Virus record (IMG/VR): IMGVR_UViG_3300021431_002946
Location: 417,291-467,383 of that record
Direction: 5' to 3' (one strand)
Source of the DNA: a virus
Taxonomy: Duplodnaviria; Heunggongvirae; Uroviricota; Caudoviricetes
Length of the DNA stretch: 50,093 nucleotides
Position numbers and translations under genes: made by a program. Of the stretch, positions 36,414 through 47,239 are shown in pieces. Under the pieces are notes generated by a model that saw only the letters and a program-made list of their open reading frames with translations, did no database searches and was not told where the DNA came from. Every line of letters starts with the position of its first letter. Position 1 is the stretch's first letter.

Positions 36414-37442
36414 ATGAAATTAGCAATTTGGAGCGATTTACATGTTGGATGTAGAATGTATCGTACAGATGAAAATAACATCAACAAGTATGAGCAAGCT
36501 ATTTACAAGGCATTAGAAGATTATGCTGAAGTAATGATAAATGAAAATCCAGATTTAATTATCGACTCAGGTGATGTATTTGATAAGGCTAATCCTTCTG
36601 TTCTTGCAATGAATAAATATGCAAGAATTCAACAAAGATTTGAAAGACTTGATATACCTACAATGACAATTTTAGGTAATCATGACTTTAGTTTTCCAAA
36701 TAGAAGAAGTAAATGTAGTGCTGCAGCTATGGCATATCATACATATTTTGCAGATTATGATATTAAATCTGTTGATATTGATGATATTCAATTTGTTATG
36801 ATGCCTTATATTTATGATAAAGATGAAAATATTGAAGCATATTTAAAGAAATGCGAAGAAGTGGCTAAATCTAATCCTTTGACTAAAAAAGTATTAGTAA
36901 CTCATGGTGTTACTGAAAAATATTATAAAGATAGTTTTGTTGGTGACAAAATTATGTTATCTGATGAATTAGTTAGTCTTTTTAATTTAGTAATAATTGG
37001 TCACATTCATACATCATTTGCATATAAACAAGGTAATACATTAGTATTATCTCCAGGTGGATTAATTGATTATCAATCTTATAAAGATAGTACTGGACCT
37101 TGTTTTGTTGATACAGATACTTGGCAATTGAAAAAGATTAAAGTTACAACACCTCATATTATTAAGGTTGATTGTAATGAAAAAAATATAAATGAGACTC
37201 TTAAAAATGTAACATATAATATTTATCAGATTACATATAAAGGTGATACATCAAAAATTGATAATGATTTGTTTATTGAAGCAAAGAATAAAACTTTAAA
37301 TTTAACTATTAATCCTATTGCAGATGAAGTAGTCGAAACAAAGAAAGTTAAGAAAACAGCATTAGATATAATTACTTGGGTATCACAAAATTATCCTGAT
37401 AAAGTTGATCTATTTATTAAGGCAAAGGAGGCTACAATGTGA
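36414..37442 (+). CDS. sbcD: SbcD/Mre11-like nuclease
   Basis: SDLHVG, GDVFD, GNHD, THG, GHIH metallophosphoesterase motifs. Confidence 0.88.
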   Translation: MKLAIWSDLHVGCRMYRTDENNINKYEQAIYKALEDYAEVMINENPDLIIDSGDVFDKANPSVLAMNKYARIQQRFERLDIPTMTILGNHDFSFPNRRSKCSAAAMAYHTYFADYDIKSVDIDDIQFVMMPYIYDKDENIEAYLKKCEEVAKSNPLTKKVLVTHGVTEKYYKDSFVGDKIMLSDELVSLFNLVIIGHIHTSFAYKQGNTLVLSPGGLIDYQSYKDSTGPCFVDTDTWQLKKIKVTTPHIIKVDCNEKNINETLKNVTYNIYQITYKGDTSKIDNDLFIEAKNKTLNLTINPIADEVVETKKVKKTALDIITWVSQNYPDKVDLFIKAKEATM

Positions 37443-37858
37443 CAAAAGAACAACAAGAGTTTGAATATTATTGTCTAGATAAAACTATGCCTTTGCCTGA
37501 AGAATTTCCATTAGTATATAGTAATGGAAATGCAACTAAAAAATTATATTTTAAAGTTGGGCTAAAAGCAAAAATAAAACATATTGATTGTGTAATTATT
37601 TATTCAGCTGTTGAGTTTGAAGATAATCTTGAAAGATTTATGTTTATTCCAGCTGAAATTTTTTATGCAAATCAAAAAAGATTTTTTACGGAGGTATTGT
37701 CATTAGATGAAGTAAAGTCAATTATAAAGATAATACCTACAATTAATATTTTTGAATATACATCTTTATTAGAGTTTACTAATATTTATAAAGATTATAA
37801 AGATTTAGTAATTGAAAATTGGGAAAAACTTGATATGAATAATTTAATAGAAATTTAA
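37439..37858 (+). CDS. hypothetical protein
   Basis: GTG start overlapping sbcD stop, GGAGG RBS. Confidence 0.7.
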   Translation: MTKEQQEFEYYCLDKTMPLPEEFPLVYSNGNATKKLYFKVGLKAKIKHIDCVIIYSAVEFEDNLERFMFIPAEIFYANQKRFFTEVLSLDEVKSIIKIIPTINIFEYTSLLEFTNIYKDYKDLVIENWEKLDMNNLIEI

Positions 37859-37875
37859 ACAGGAGGAAATTTATA

Positions 37876-38289
37876 ATGGATATGCGAAAGTTAGAGCTAC
37901 AAAGAATGATCAATGGAGAACATGGTATAGATTACCATCGTAATATTGATCTGAGTGGCTATACTTTTTATTTAGGTGAATCATTCTTATCATTTGAATT
38001 TTGTGATATTGAAGGATTTACTGTAGTTAAGATTAATTATATTTTTATTACAAGTAAAACAGCTCTACTTAAATTATTTTCGCAAGCAATTGAATTTTGG
38101 AAAGGTTATGGCGTAAATTATGTCTATTATAAGACACATAAACGCAAAGCAAATGTTGCAGAAAAATTCTTGGAAAGTATTGGCTTAAAAGTAATAGAAA
38201 ATGATAATTTTAATGGTTGGAAGCATGACTGGAAGTCTACAAACGGTTTTCCTGAAAAAGAAATTATTGAGGCGATAACTGACAACTAA
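37876..38289 (+). CDS. hypothetical protein (possible GNAT-like fold)
   Basis: AGGAGG RBS; AEKFLESIGLKV resembles GNAT motif B. Confidence 0.6.
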   Translation: MDMRKLELQRMINGEHGIDYHRNIDLSGYTFYLGESFLSFEFCDIEGFTVVKINYIFITSKTALLKLFSQAIEFWKGYGVNYVYYKTHKRKANVAEKFLESIGLKVIENDNFNGWKHDWKSTNGFPEKEIIEAITDN

Positions 38290-38319
38290 ATATATATTAC
38301 AGAAAGGATGTAAAATAAT

Positions 38320-41300
38320 ATGAGCAGGATAAAAAGGTTTGTAGCTGCTTTATGCTGTCTTTGTGTTATTTTTACATCTTTTTTATCTGTATATGCTAAA
38401 GAATATGAAAAATCTGGTGAGACCAAAGATGGTGATAAAACTGCTACATATTATATCTTAAAAGGAAAAAGTTATGATAAACTTTTTGATTTAAAAATTA
38501 CAGATATAAAATCTGGTCAAGATATGATAAATTGGGTCTTTAACTTTAAATCTTTTACTGTAATTAAAAAATGGAAAGATAAAGACGGAAAAACATATTA
38601 TAAAGGTTACTTTAACGCACCAAATTTACAAATGCAAGTAAAAAATGGTGTAATGGCAGATGCAGCAGATGGTTTTACAGATGGTGCATATAAAGTAGAA
38701 GATACAGAATGGTTAGTTAAAGTTGGCTCACATGCTAATACAGAAAATGCAATAACTAGGTATGGTTTTAGTATACCTAGTTATTATTATATGGGAGAAT
38801 ATCCTAATACTCAAATGTCTACAGCTAATTTAGTTATGAATATGACTAAAATTTGTAGCCCATTTTTCGCATTAAAAGCATTATTTGGAGCATCTTTTAT
38901 TGATGCACCAGACGCTTCTTCTTTTAATACAATTACATATGATAATCATACATATATTGATAAAGAAGATAGATTAAGTGAATTTATTCAAAATTATTGG
39001 ATCCCTTATTTCGTAGCAAGAATTGGTACTAATGATTCAAGATTTTCAAAAAAAGGAAATTATACAGATAAAGAATATTTTAAAGATGTCGATGATCTTT
39101 TAAATAAAACTATTTCTGATGAAGAAGTACATTCTGCAGAAAAGTATATTGAAGAAAATAAAGAAAGTTATAAAGAATTCACAAAAATTAAAGTAGCGTA
39201 TAATGCTTGGAAAAATAAAGCATCAACTGTAACTGTTTATACAGGTGATAAAATAAAAACAAATGGTTTTGCAATGCCAAATACAAGCGCTCTTTGGGGT
39301 GATAGATTATCACTTTTAGGTTATGGAGTTTTATGGGATGGAACATTAATTGATATTGCTCATAAACGTCAAGCAGAAACTTGTAAAACAGAAGCTGAAC
39401 CAATTGTTTTTAGATCAAATGCTGAAAAGAAAGATACATTTAAGAGTTGGCTTAATAAAAATGACAAATATAAAACTGCAGTTAGAAATTGGTGGAATAA
39501 AGGCAGTGGTAACAACTCTAAAGAAAATAAAGCAAAATTCTTAATGTCTATTTTATTAGATGAAAAGAGTAATCCAATTGCTAAAAATATGCCAAAGAAA
39601 TGGTCTAATGATGTAATTAATTACTTCAATGGATATTTTAATGGAACTGATGATAAATTACTTGATTTAGTAATTGAATTAATGGGTAGAAATTATTATG
39701 GTGAATACTATTATGTAGGAGCAGATGATAAAGTTCCATCTAATAAGAAAAAATATCCAGTTGGTGGAAAAGGTTCTGCTAAATTTACAGTAGAAGTTGA
39801 AGAACCTGTTTATAAAAATGGTAAAGTTGTTAAAAAGAAAAAAGTAAAGAAAGAAGTTACTTGGAAGCCAACAAATCATAAATATTATTTTATAGACTCA
39901 GGAAATAATGCTATTGAAATAGAAAATAGCGTTGTAAAAAGTTATTACAATATTTGTTTCTGTAATTGGCAAGGTTTTACTTTAAGTGATTGGCTTACAG
40001 ATAGAGCACTTACAATTATGCAAAAATATGATGAAATGGTTGATTTAACTTTTGCATATGATAATTTTATTAAAACATTTAATAATATAAATGCTAATAC
40101 AAAAGGTTTTAATCCTAAAAAGAGTTCAATGACTGGTATTGCATATGGTCAATGTTTAATTAAGAATACAGGTAAATCTGGCCAATGTATATCAAATAAA
40201 TATGGAGAAGATTCAACTTATACTGTTGAAAGAGTATATGCTTCTACACGTGTAAGAGAATTAACAGTAGATTTTAATTATTCTGATTATTTTGGTGAAA
40301 GTAATAAAGGTTATTGGACTAAAAATACAAAAGTTTATGAAAGTCGTACTAAATTAACAAAATATGCTGCAACTGAAGTTATAAATAGAATTAAAGATGT
40401 AACAAGTTCAGCATATTCTGAAGTAATGGGTAATATTATTAAGTTAATAATATTAAATGCAAACTCTGTTAATGACAGAGGCCCAAATGACATGATGAAT
40501 GCTGAAGATGATAGAATTATGCCATTTGATGTTAGTGCATTAACTCCAGAAGATCAAGAAAATTATTCTACTTCAGATCCAAGAGTAAATTTATATAGAA
40601 AAAATATTATTGGATCATTTGTAGCGGATCTTAATTTAAATATTGGAGGTATATTTGCTTGGTTTAGACCACAAGCTACTTTATTAAATATAATTGGTAA
40701 AGTATCAGAACTTTCAGTATTTATGCAACAAATTTGTAGTTTTGATCTTTTAGATAGTTGGGGATTATCTCCAACAACAATGTGGAATAGTGCATTTGGA
40801 TTATTATTAATGAGTGCATTAGCATTATTCTTTGTTGTAAAAACAATTAAAGCAGTTATTGGAGTATGTACAAGTAGTAGTTCTAGTGATGCTAAAATAT
40901 TTATAAGTTTCTTAGTTCTTATAGTTGAGCTTGGAATAATTACATTTATTTATATAAATCCTGAACGAACTTGGAACTTTGTAAAAAAATATGATACTAT
41001 GGTTATGAATTTAGGTGAAATGGCTACAGTATCTACAGATAATAATTTTAAATATCTCTATGGAGATAAAAATGATCTTGAAGTAACATATTATCTTATA
41101 TATCTTGATGCTTGGTCAAGTTATAATACAGGATATGCTATGACTGATGATCAACAATTAATTAAAAAAGATGGTACTCCAGAAGTATTAAATATGTATA
41201 ATCCAGGCATTGGAAATAATGATATTAAGCATTGGTCTATATTATTAGCAGATTCATTTGAATATCATGGAAAATCTAATAGTCCATTTACAAGTATTAC

Positions 41301-42426
41301 TGAAAAAGATTCAAAAGGTAATAATCATGTTATTAATGGACCTTATATAAACAATAATGCTTATAGAGTTGTAGATCATTTTATGGCTCCACGTGTTAAA
41401 TTTACCGAAACTAATGGCGGTAAAAATATAAAAATGCAGGTTACACAAAATGAAAATTACAACGGAAAATTCCAAAGTGGATTTGATGGTTTATTAGTAA
41501 AATTATTAATAGCATTATTTATGTGCTTTATGTCATTAGTTAAATTATTAACATTCTTCTGGCAATGGTATTTAATCTATGTATTATTCTTTAGAGTAAT
41601 ATTAGGTAAAATGGCAGAAAATAAAACATGGAAAGAAATACTTGCACAAACATTTGCACCAACTGTAGCAATATTCTTTATTGGATTATATACAGGTACA
41701 GTATTCCAAGTTGCAATAAGATTATCTGGTCTTGTTGGAATAGTTATAATGTTAGGTTTATTTATTGTAACATTTAAACTTCTTGGATGGTGGTATGAAT
41801 TAAAACGTGGTACTTACTTCCCTATGACTCTAAAACCTATTTATGCAATAGTTGGTCGTGAACAAATCAATAAAGCAATTAAGAAAGAGAAAGGTATTAG
41901 AGAAGGAGAAATGTTGGATGAAGAATGGGCAAATATGTCTTTTGCAGAACAATACGATTACTTATATGACGAAAATGGTAATATGAGAAATGAGCGTAAG
42001 AATGCTAAAGATAGATATAGAAGAGCTGAATTCAGACAACGTCTTAATAGAGATCTTGAAGGAATTGATCAGACTACTGGACGTACTAATCTTGAAGAGT
42101 ATAAGAACAAGCATGCTGGCGAAAATGAAGCTAATAGAAATCTTTATAAGAATTTCCAAAAAATTATGGATGATTATGATCTTGATAGAATTGGTGGAGT
42201 TGATTCTCGTCAAGATATTGAATATTGGAAGCATCAACGTAATAAATTTGGATTCTCAAATGATAAACATATTACAGAAAGTATGCATGAAGCTCAGAAA
42301 CAAGCTAAAATTGAATCTGGAGATCCAAATGCAGAACTTGTTCATGAAGATCCAGAAAAAGCTAAAAATTCTTCAAACAATAATTCTAATAATAACTCAA
42401 CCAACAACAATTCTAACAATAAATAG
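38320..42426 (+). CDS. large exported/polytopic membrane protein (VirB6-like, conjugation)
   Basis: Signal peptide, long extracellular region, TM clusters, charged cytoplasmic tail; paralogous to next gene. Confidence 0.6.
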   Translation: MSRIKRFVAALCCLCVIFTSFLSVYAKEYEKSGETKDGDKTATYYILKGKSYDKLFDLKITDIKSGQDMINWVFNFKSFTVIKKWKDKDGKTYYKGYFNAPNLQMQVKNGVMADAADGFTDGAYKVEDTEWLVKVGSHANTENAITRYGFSIPSYYYMGEYPNTQMSTANLVMNMTKICSPFFALKALFGASFIDAPDASSFNTITYDNHTYIDKEDRLSEFIQNYWIPYFVARIGTNDSRFSKKGNYTDKEYFKDVDDLLNKTISDEEVHSAEKYIEENKESYKEFTKIKVAYNAWKNKASTVTVYTGDKIKTNGFAMPNTSALWGDRLSLLGYGVLWDGTLIDIAHKRQAETCKTEAEPIVFRSNAEKKDTFKSWLNKNDKYKTAVRNWWNKGSGNNSKENKAKFLMSILLDEKSNPIAKNMPKKWSNDVINYFNGYFNGTDDKLLDLVIELMGRNYYGEYYYVGADDKVPSNKKKYPVGGKGSAKFTVEVEEPVYKNGKVVKKKKVKKEVTWKPTNHKYYFIDSGNNAIEIENSVVKSYYNICFCNWQGFTLSDWLTDRALTIMQKYDEMVDLTFAYDNFIKTFNNINANTKGFNPKKSSMTGIAYGQCLIKNTGKSGQCISNKYGEDSTYTVERVYASTRVRELTVDFNYSDYFGESNKGYWTKNTKVYESRTKLTKYAATEVINRIKDVTSSAYSEVMGNIIKLIILNANSVNDRGPNDMMNAEDDRIMPFDVSALTPEDQENYSTSDPRVNLYRKNIIGSFVADLNLNIGGIFAWFRPQATLLNIIGKVSELSVFMQQICSFDLLDSWGLSPTTMWNSAFGLLLMSALALFFVVKTIKAVIGVCTSSSSSDAKIFISFLVLIVELGIITFIYINPERTWNFVKKYDTMVMNLGEMATVSTDNNFKYLYGDKNDLEVTYYLIYLDAWSSYNTGYAMTDDQQLIKKDGTPEVLNMYNPGIGNNDIKHWSILLADSFEYHGKSNSPFTSITEKDSKGNNHVINGPYINNNAYRVVDHFMAPRVKFTETNGGKNIKMQVTQNENYNGKFQSGFDGLLVKLLIALFMCFMSLVKLLTFFWQWYLIYVLFFRVILGKMAENKTWKEILAQTFAPTVAIFFIGLYTGTVFQVAIRLSGLVGIVIMLGLFIVTFKLLGWWYELKRGTYFPMTLKPIYAIVGREQINKAIKKEKGIREGEMLDEEWANMSFAEQYDYLYDENGNMRNERKNAKDRYRRAEFRQRLNRDLEGIDQTTGRTNLEEYKNKHAGENEANRNLYKNFQKIMDDYDLDRIGGVDSRQDIEYWKHQRNKFGFSNDKHITESMHEAQKQAKIESGDPNAELVHEDPEKAKNSSNNNSNNNSTNNNSNNK

Positions 42427-42445
42427 AACATGAAAGGAAATAGCA

Positions 42446-45169
42446 ATGAGACAGATAAATAAGTTAAAAGATATAAAAAAATCTTTAACTAATTTTAATT
42501 GGTTAAAGACAATTAAGTCTGTAACTTGTTTACTTATCATTGCTGTTATCCTCTGTTCTACTGGTATAATGGCTCGAGCTGATATTTGCCAGAACTTTAC
42601 TGGTAGAGAAAATGCAGAAGAAAGAAATAATTTCTCTAGAGCACAAGATCAAAATATTTATAAAATTTGGTCAATGCTTAAAAGTTATGGTATGAATGAT
42701 ACTCAAGCTTGTGCATTTTTAGCTGTTATGTTTTGTGAGGCAAATTGTAATCCAAATACAATTGAAGGTGATTATAGAATTGCAGCTAAATTTAATCAAA
42801 AGAGTAGAACATCTTCATTTAATGAATGGTGGACAGAACATAGAACAGAATATACTAGAAAATTATTATCAACAATTTATGGTGTATCAGATTCAGATTT
42901 AGATAAAGCACAAAAAGGTCATAAATATTCAAAACAATATAGAGTTAATTGTTTAGCATATTTTAATAAAGGTAAAGGTGCTTGTGGTATTGGTTTATGT
43001 CAATGGACAGGTCCTAGAACTGATGGACTATTAAATTTTGCATCTAAACATAATGTAAAATGGTATACTATGGAAACACAGTTAACATATATTATTTCAG
43101 ATAAAAAATTAGGTGGAGATGATTATTATTCTGGAATAATTAGTAGATATAAAAAAGATTGTACAAATAAATCTTTACAAGAATGTGTTAACTGGTTAGT
43201 TGATAAGTATGAAGGTTGTCCTGGTGCTACTACTGCAAAGAAAATTAGAGGTAAGAAAGCTTCTCAATTTTATTTAATAATGCATGGTAAAAGTTGGGAT
43301 AGAAAATATGGAGATAAAATAGTTTCTGGCGCAGGATTAACTCCAGTTGCTCCAGAAAGTGGAATTCAAGATAGATCAATTCTTCGTGAATACGCATCTC
43401 CAGGTATATATTATCCTAGAAATGGTGGTTTCCTTTTAAATACTGAAGATGATCTTAAAAAGAAAAATCAAGAAGTATATCAAGGTTATACAAATACATT
43501 ATTAGGATTAAATGATAATTCTAAAACATATAGTTTATTTGAATTATATGGTGAAGATTTACATTGGTATAGATATATGGGTGAATCTAATTTCCAGCCT
43601 GGATTAGCAGATCACTTATATTCAGGATATAATCAAAATAGAATTGATGAATTAAAAAATATTCAAACTATTTTCTATAGTGCAAATAACTATTTGTCAA
43701 CTCAAGTATATCCTGAAAGACCTAGATGTTTAATGCCAGAAGAAAAGAAATTAGGTTTACAAGATCCTAGAACTGATGCAGAAGTAAAAAGTGCATTTAC
43801 TGGCGCACCATATGTAATAGGTACATTATTTATGTCTATTTCTAAACTTGTATGCTCTTCTGTATCATACTTATTAGGAGATAAGATTATAAAAAATATT
43901 GCTTCAATATTTGATGCAATAGAAACAAAATTAACTCAAAAGAATATTAAAGCAATGATCATGCCAGTAATATATTTGTTATTTGCATTTGCAGTTATTG
44001 CTTTAATCTTAAGTCTTGTTAAGAAAAGTGTATTATATGCTAGAGGTGTAAGTGGTGCACCTAGAGATATTATATTCAGATTTTTAATAAGTATGTTAGC
44101 AATGGGACTTATATTTGCTTGTATTGCAAGACCAACTGTATTTAATAAAGTATTAGTAAATATTGCTTGTGGAATTGATGGATATTTTAATGAAGCATTA
44201 GCAGAATCATTACAAGAAGATGAAGTAATCGCAGTACAAGATAAAAATATGGCTACTGAAGCTGCATTATGGAAAACTTGTATATTTGAACCTTGGTGTA
44301 AAGGACAATTTGGTCTTCCATATGAGCAATTATATACTCAGTATGCAGATCTTTCAGATGCAGATGTAAAAGCGAAGAAAGCAAAATATGATCAAAGTCA
44401 TACTACACAACAAGAAGCTGAAGCAGCTAAATTAACAACTGAATATTATAATAGTGCGCAATTAACTGGTGATGTATTTGTTCCAGTAGGTGGTGGAAAG
44501 AAGATTCGAAATTGGGCAGCATATTTATATTCTTGTGGTACAGATTATCATATTGATAGTACAATGGTACATAAAGAAAATGTAAAAGAAACAACTGCAA
44601 AATGGCCAATTGCAAAAACTACTGCAGGAAATACACAATTATATGCAGATACATTTAGAGTAGTTGATGCACAAATGAATATTTCTCCACAATATTATAC
44701 AGATGGAAGAACAGTAGCAAATTATACTAATTCAAGAAAATTAGATACTCATTATTTAACACAAGGTTTTCAAATGTTATTTAATGCAATGATGCTAATA
44801 TTCTTAATTCCAGCTATATATGAAAAATTAAAGAATTTTATATTATTAATGTCTACAATTTTCCAAATGATCTATAGTTCTTTCTTAGAGTTATTCAAAG
44901 AAAATACAGGTTTTCCTGAATTTACAGAAAGATTTAAAAAGTATTTCTTTGGATATTTTATAGCAAAGATTAAGATCTATGCAATGGTAGTCTCTTATTA
45001 TGTATTAGTTGGAAAAGGTTTTGTAGGAACATTAGTATATATGGTAGTATGTGTAACAATATTAGGACTTACAGTTCAAAATGTATCACAATTTTATAGA
45101 AAAACTAAATATAGAGTCAATATGGCTGCAAAAAGAATTAGTGGTAAACGTGGTCTTTCTAAATCTTGA
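42446..45169 (+). CDS. phage-tail-type lysozyme domain fused to polytopic membrane domain
   Basis: IWSMLKSYG..ACAFLAVMFCEA, GIGLCQWTGPR..LL.FA, W..METQL.YI; C-terminal TMs. Confidence 0.75.
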   Translation: MRQINKLKDIKKSLTNFNWLKTIKSVTCLLIIAVILCSTGIMARADICQNFTGRENAEERNNFSRAQDQNIYKIWSMLKSYGMNDTQACAFLAVMFCEANCNPNTIEGDYRIAAKFNQKSRTSSFNEWWTEHRTEYTRKLLSTIYGVSDSDLDKAQKGHKYSKQYRVNCLAYFNKGKGACGIGLCQWTGPRTDGLLNFASKHNVKWYTMETQLTYIISDKKLGGDDYYSGIISRYKKDCTNKSLQECVNWLVDKYEGCPGATTAKKIRGKKASQFYLIMHGKSWDRKYGDKIVSGAGLTPVAPESGIQDRSILREYASPGIYYPRNGGFLLNTEDDLKKKNQEVYQGYTNTLLGLNDNSKTYSLFELYGEDLHWYRYMGESNFQPGLADHLYSGYNQNRIDELKNIQTIFYSANNYLSTQVYPERPRCLMPEEKKLGLQDPRTDAEVKSAFTGAPYVIGTLFMSISKLVCSSVSYLLGDKIIKNIASIFDAIETKLTQKNIKAMIMPVIYLLFAFAVIALILSLVKKSVLYARGVSGAPRDIIFRFLISMLAMGLIFACIARPTVFNKVLVNIACGIDGYFNEALAESLQEDEVIAVQDKNMATEAALWKTCIFEPWCKGQFGLPYEQLYTQYADLSDADVKAKKAKYDQSHTTQQEAEAAKLTTEYYNSAQLTGDVFVPVGGGKKIRNWAAYLYSCGTDYHIDSTMVHKENVKETTAKWPIAKTTAGNTQLYADTFRVVDAQMNISPQYYTDGRTVANYTNSRKLDTHYLTQGFQMLFNAMMLIFLIPAIYEKLKNFILLMSTIFQMIYSSFLELFKENTGFPEFTERFKKYFFGYFIAKIKIYAMVVSYYVLVGKGFVGTLVYMVVCVTILGLTVQNVSQFYRKTKYRVNMAAKRISGKRGLSKS

Positions 45170-45181
45170 AGACCTAAAAAT

Positions 45182-45202
45182 AAAAGACTATTTAATTTTA
45201 TA
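45182..45202 (+). promoter_or_regulatory. element-specific motif
   Basis: AAAAGACTATTTAATTTTATA, core 45188, 37 nt before ATG. Confidence 0.65.
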
Positions 45203-45224
45203 AATATCTAATAGGAGGGAAATT

Positions 45225-46895
45225 ATGAGCATAATTGTTGTTACAAACGACAAAAAAATACCTAAGGAGTTAAATGACTTTACTGTTGAAAAGTGGTCTG
45301 CTAAAGAATTTTTAGAGAACGCTTATTCCGATGATGGTATAGACGTAGAAGAGTCATTATGGTATCATACAAATATTTTAACAGAAGAAGTATATAATGC
45401 ATTAAAAGCATTTATTGAGAATGGTATTGATATTGTATATTACCGTTTTGATACAGATCCTGCGCCTAATTTTGATGTTGAAGAAGCAGTTCTTCAAGAT
45501 CCTGAAAAACCAGCAGGAGCAGAGCCTGAAGTAGTTCCAAAGCCACAAGCTGAAGTGGCTCCAGCTACTCCAGAGCCAGAACCTCAAATTGAAATAGTTC
45601 CTCCTGCTCCTACAATTAATCCTGAAGAAACAATCTCAACTAGACCTGGATCAAATTATCCTACAGCACCTCAAGTACCTGTTCAACCTCAAGTTGTTCA
45701 GCCTCAGGCGCCTGTAGTACAGAATCCAGCTCCAGTAGAACCTGAACAACCAAAGCCTCAGGTTTCAGATCCATTCAAATTTAATATTCCTCAGATTTCA
45801 ATTCCAGGAATTACAACACCAGCTGCTCCTCAAGCTCCTGTTCAGCCTCAAGCTCCACAGATAGTTCCTCAGCAGCCTCAGATACAGCAAGCTCCAATTG
45901 TTCAGCAACCTGTACAACCACAAGTACAAGTTCCTGTTCAGCAACCTGTTCAGCAACCTGTACAGAATAATGAAAGACCTAATAATTCTGGAATGAGAAT
46001 TAAGATTGCTGGTGGAGATATGTTTAATGGTAATAATCCTGTTGTAAATCCAGAATCAGCAAATCAGTTAGAGGATATAACAGAAGTAGTACCTAAGTCT
46101 GTAGAGAATAATGGTGCAGAAGTAATTATATTTGGTAGCTCAAAAGGTGGTACTGGTAAGACCTTTACTGCTTGTATGAGCGCATATCAATTTGCAAAAG
46201 ATCATCCAAATCTTAGAGTTGCATTAGCAGACTTTGATATTATTGATGGTCAGGTTGCTATTACTACAAACCAAGTTGGTCCTACAGTTCAGGATTTCTA
46301 TATTGATTTTGTAAATGGCAATAAATCATTCGGTGATTTATCTAAGTACAAGGCAACATCTGCAAAATTTAGTAGAAATATTGATTTCTACCTTGCGCCT
46401 GCACAAGATATTCCAGAAATTACAAATGATAATGAATTCTGGAGAACAATATATAATCTTTTAATTAAGAATTATGATGTTGTATTCTTTGATACAGGTA
46501 TTGATTATATGGGTAAAGAACCTATTAGTGAGCTTTATAAAGTTGCAGATAAGATTATTATTACTTGTAATACATCTATCAACTCTGTTAAATCTATTAT
46601 TAAGCAATTACTTACTTTAAGTGGTAAGAGAGCAAATAATATTTTTGACGCAGATGACGATATTCTCAATAGAATTAATATTGTTTTAACTCGTGTATCT
46701 GATGATTATGAAGATGTAAATAATGAAGTTGTTAACAGATTGAGTAAATACGCTCCTATTATTGCTGCATTTGGTAATATTGATGGACTTGTTTATAGAG
46801 TTCAGTGGGGTGGTGCTTGGCAGTTAATTGATAGTCAGGAAGATATTGTTGACAATCTTAGAAGAATAACAGATTTAACAAGTGAGGATGAGTAA
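45225..46895 (+). CDS. ParA/MinD/CpaE-like ATPase with long Pro/Gln-rich linker
   Basis: SSKGGTGKT deviant Walker A, LADFD, YDVVFFDT. Confidence 0.85.
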   Translation: MSIIVVTNDKKIPKELNDFTVEKWSAKEFLENAYSDDGIDVEESLWYHTNILTEEVYNALKAFIENGIDIVYYRFDTDPAPNFDVEEAVLQDPEKPAGAEPEVVPKPQAEVAPATPEPEPQIEIVPPAPTINPEETISTRPGSNYPTAPQVPVQPQVVQPQAPVVQNPAPVEPEQPKPQVSDPFKFNIPQISIPGITTPAAPQAPVQPQAPQIVPQQPQIQQAPIVQQPVQPQVQVPVQQPVQQPVQNNERPNNSGMRIKIAGGDMFNGNNPVVNPESANQLEDITEVVPKSVENNGAEVIIFGSSKGGTGKTFTACMSAYQFAKDHPNLRVALADFDIIDGQVAITTNQVGPTVQDFYIDFVNGNKSFGDLSKYKATSAKFSRNIDFYLAPAQDIPEITNDNEFWRTIYNLLIKNYDVVFFDTGIDYMGKEPISELYKVADKIIITCNTSINSVKSIIKQLLTLSGKRANNIFDADDDILNRINIVLTRVSDDYEDVNNEVVNRLSKYAPIIAAFGNIDGLVYRVQWGGAWQLIDSQEDIVDNLRRITDLTSEDE

Positions 46896-46896
46896 A

Positions 46897-47238
46897 ATGA
46901 ACAAAATAATAATTGATGGTTGCGTACAAAAAGACGCTAAATTGTATGAAGAGATTGCGAATTTCAATATCTCTGCAATAACTGGTGAATATACTTGTAT
47001 TGATGGCACCAAGAAGAATAGATTTACATATATTAGAGTTGTATTTCCACAACAGATTACAAAATATTTGGAAGATATTCTTCAGCCTGGTGCAATGATT
47101 AGAATTTATGGTAAATTAGATTCAGAGCAATATAAAACATCAAGTGAGAAGATCGTATATAATAAGATTTTAGTCGCTAATAAAATTGTAAAAATAAAAT
47201 ATGATAAGGAATTGAAAGATTATGTGGAGGTAGATTAA
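46897..47238 (+). CDS. second SSB-like OB-fold protein
   Basis: MNKIIIDG.., LQPGAMIRIYGKL; no acidic tail; GAGG RBS favours 46897. Confidence 0.7.
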   Translation: MNKIIIDGCVQKDAKLYEEIANFNISAITGEYTCIDGTKKNRFTYIRVVFPQQITKYLEDILQPGAMIRIYGKLDSEQYKTSSEKIVYNKILVANKIVKIKYDKELKDYVEVD

Positions 47239-47239
47239 A

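Noticed and set aside
42446-43300. Virion tail gene implying a phage structural module
   Set aside because: Lysozyme domain is fused to a polytopic membrane protein in a conjugation-like context; no other virion genes
45500-45970. CAGCCT/CAACCT repeats as a DNA repeat element
   Set aside because: Explained by the Pro/Gln/Val low-complexity linker
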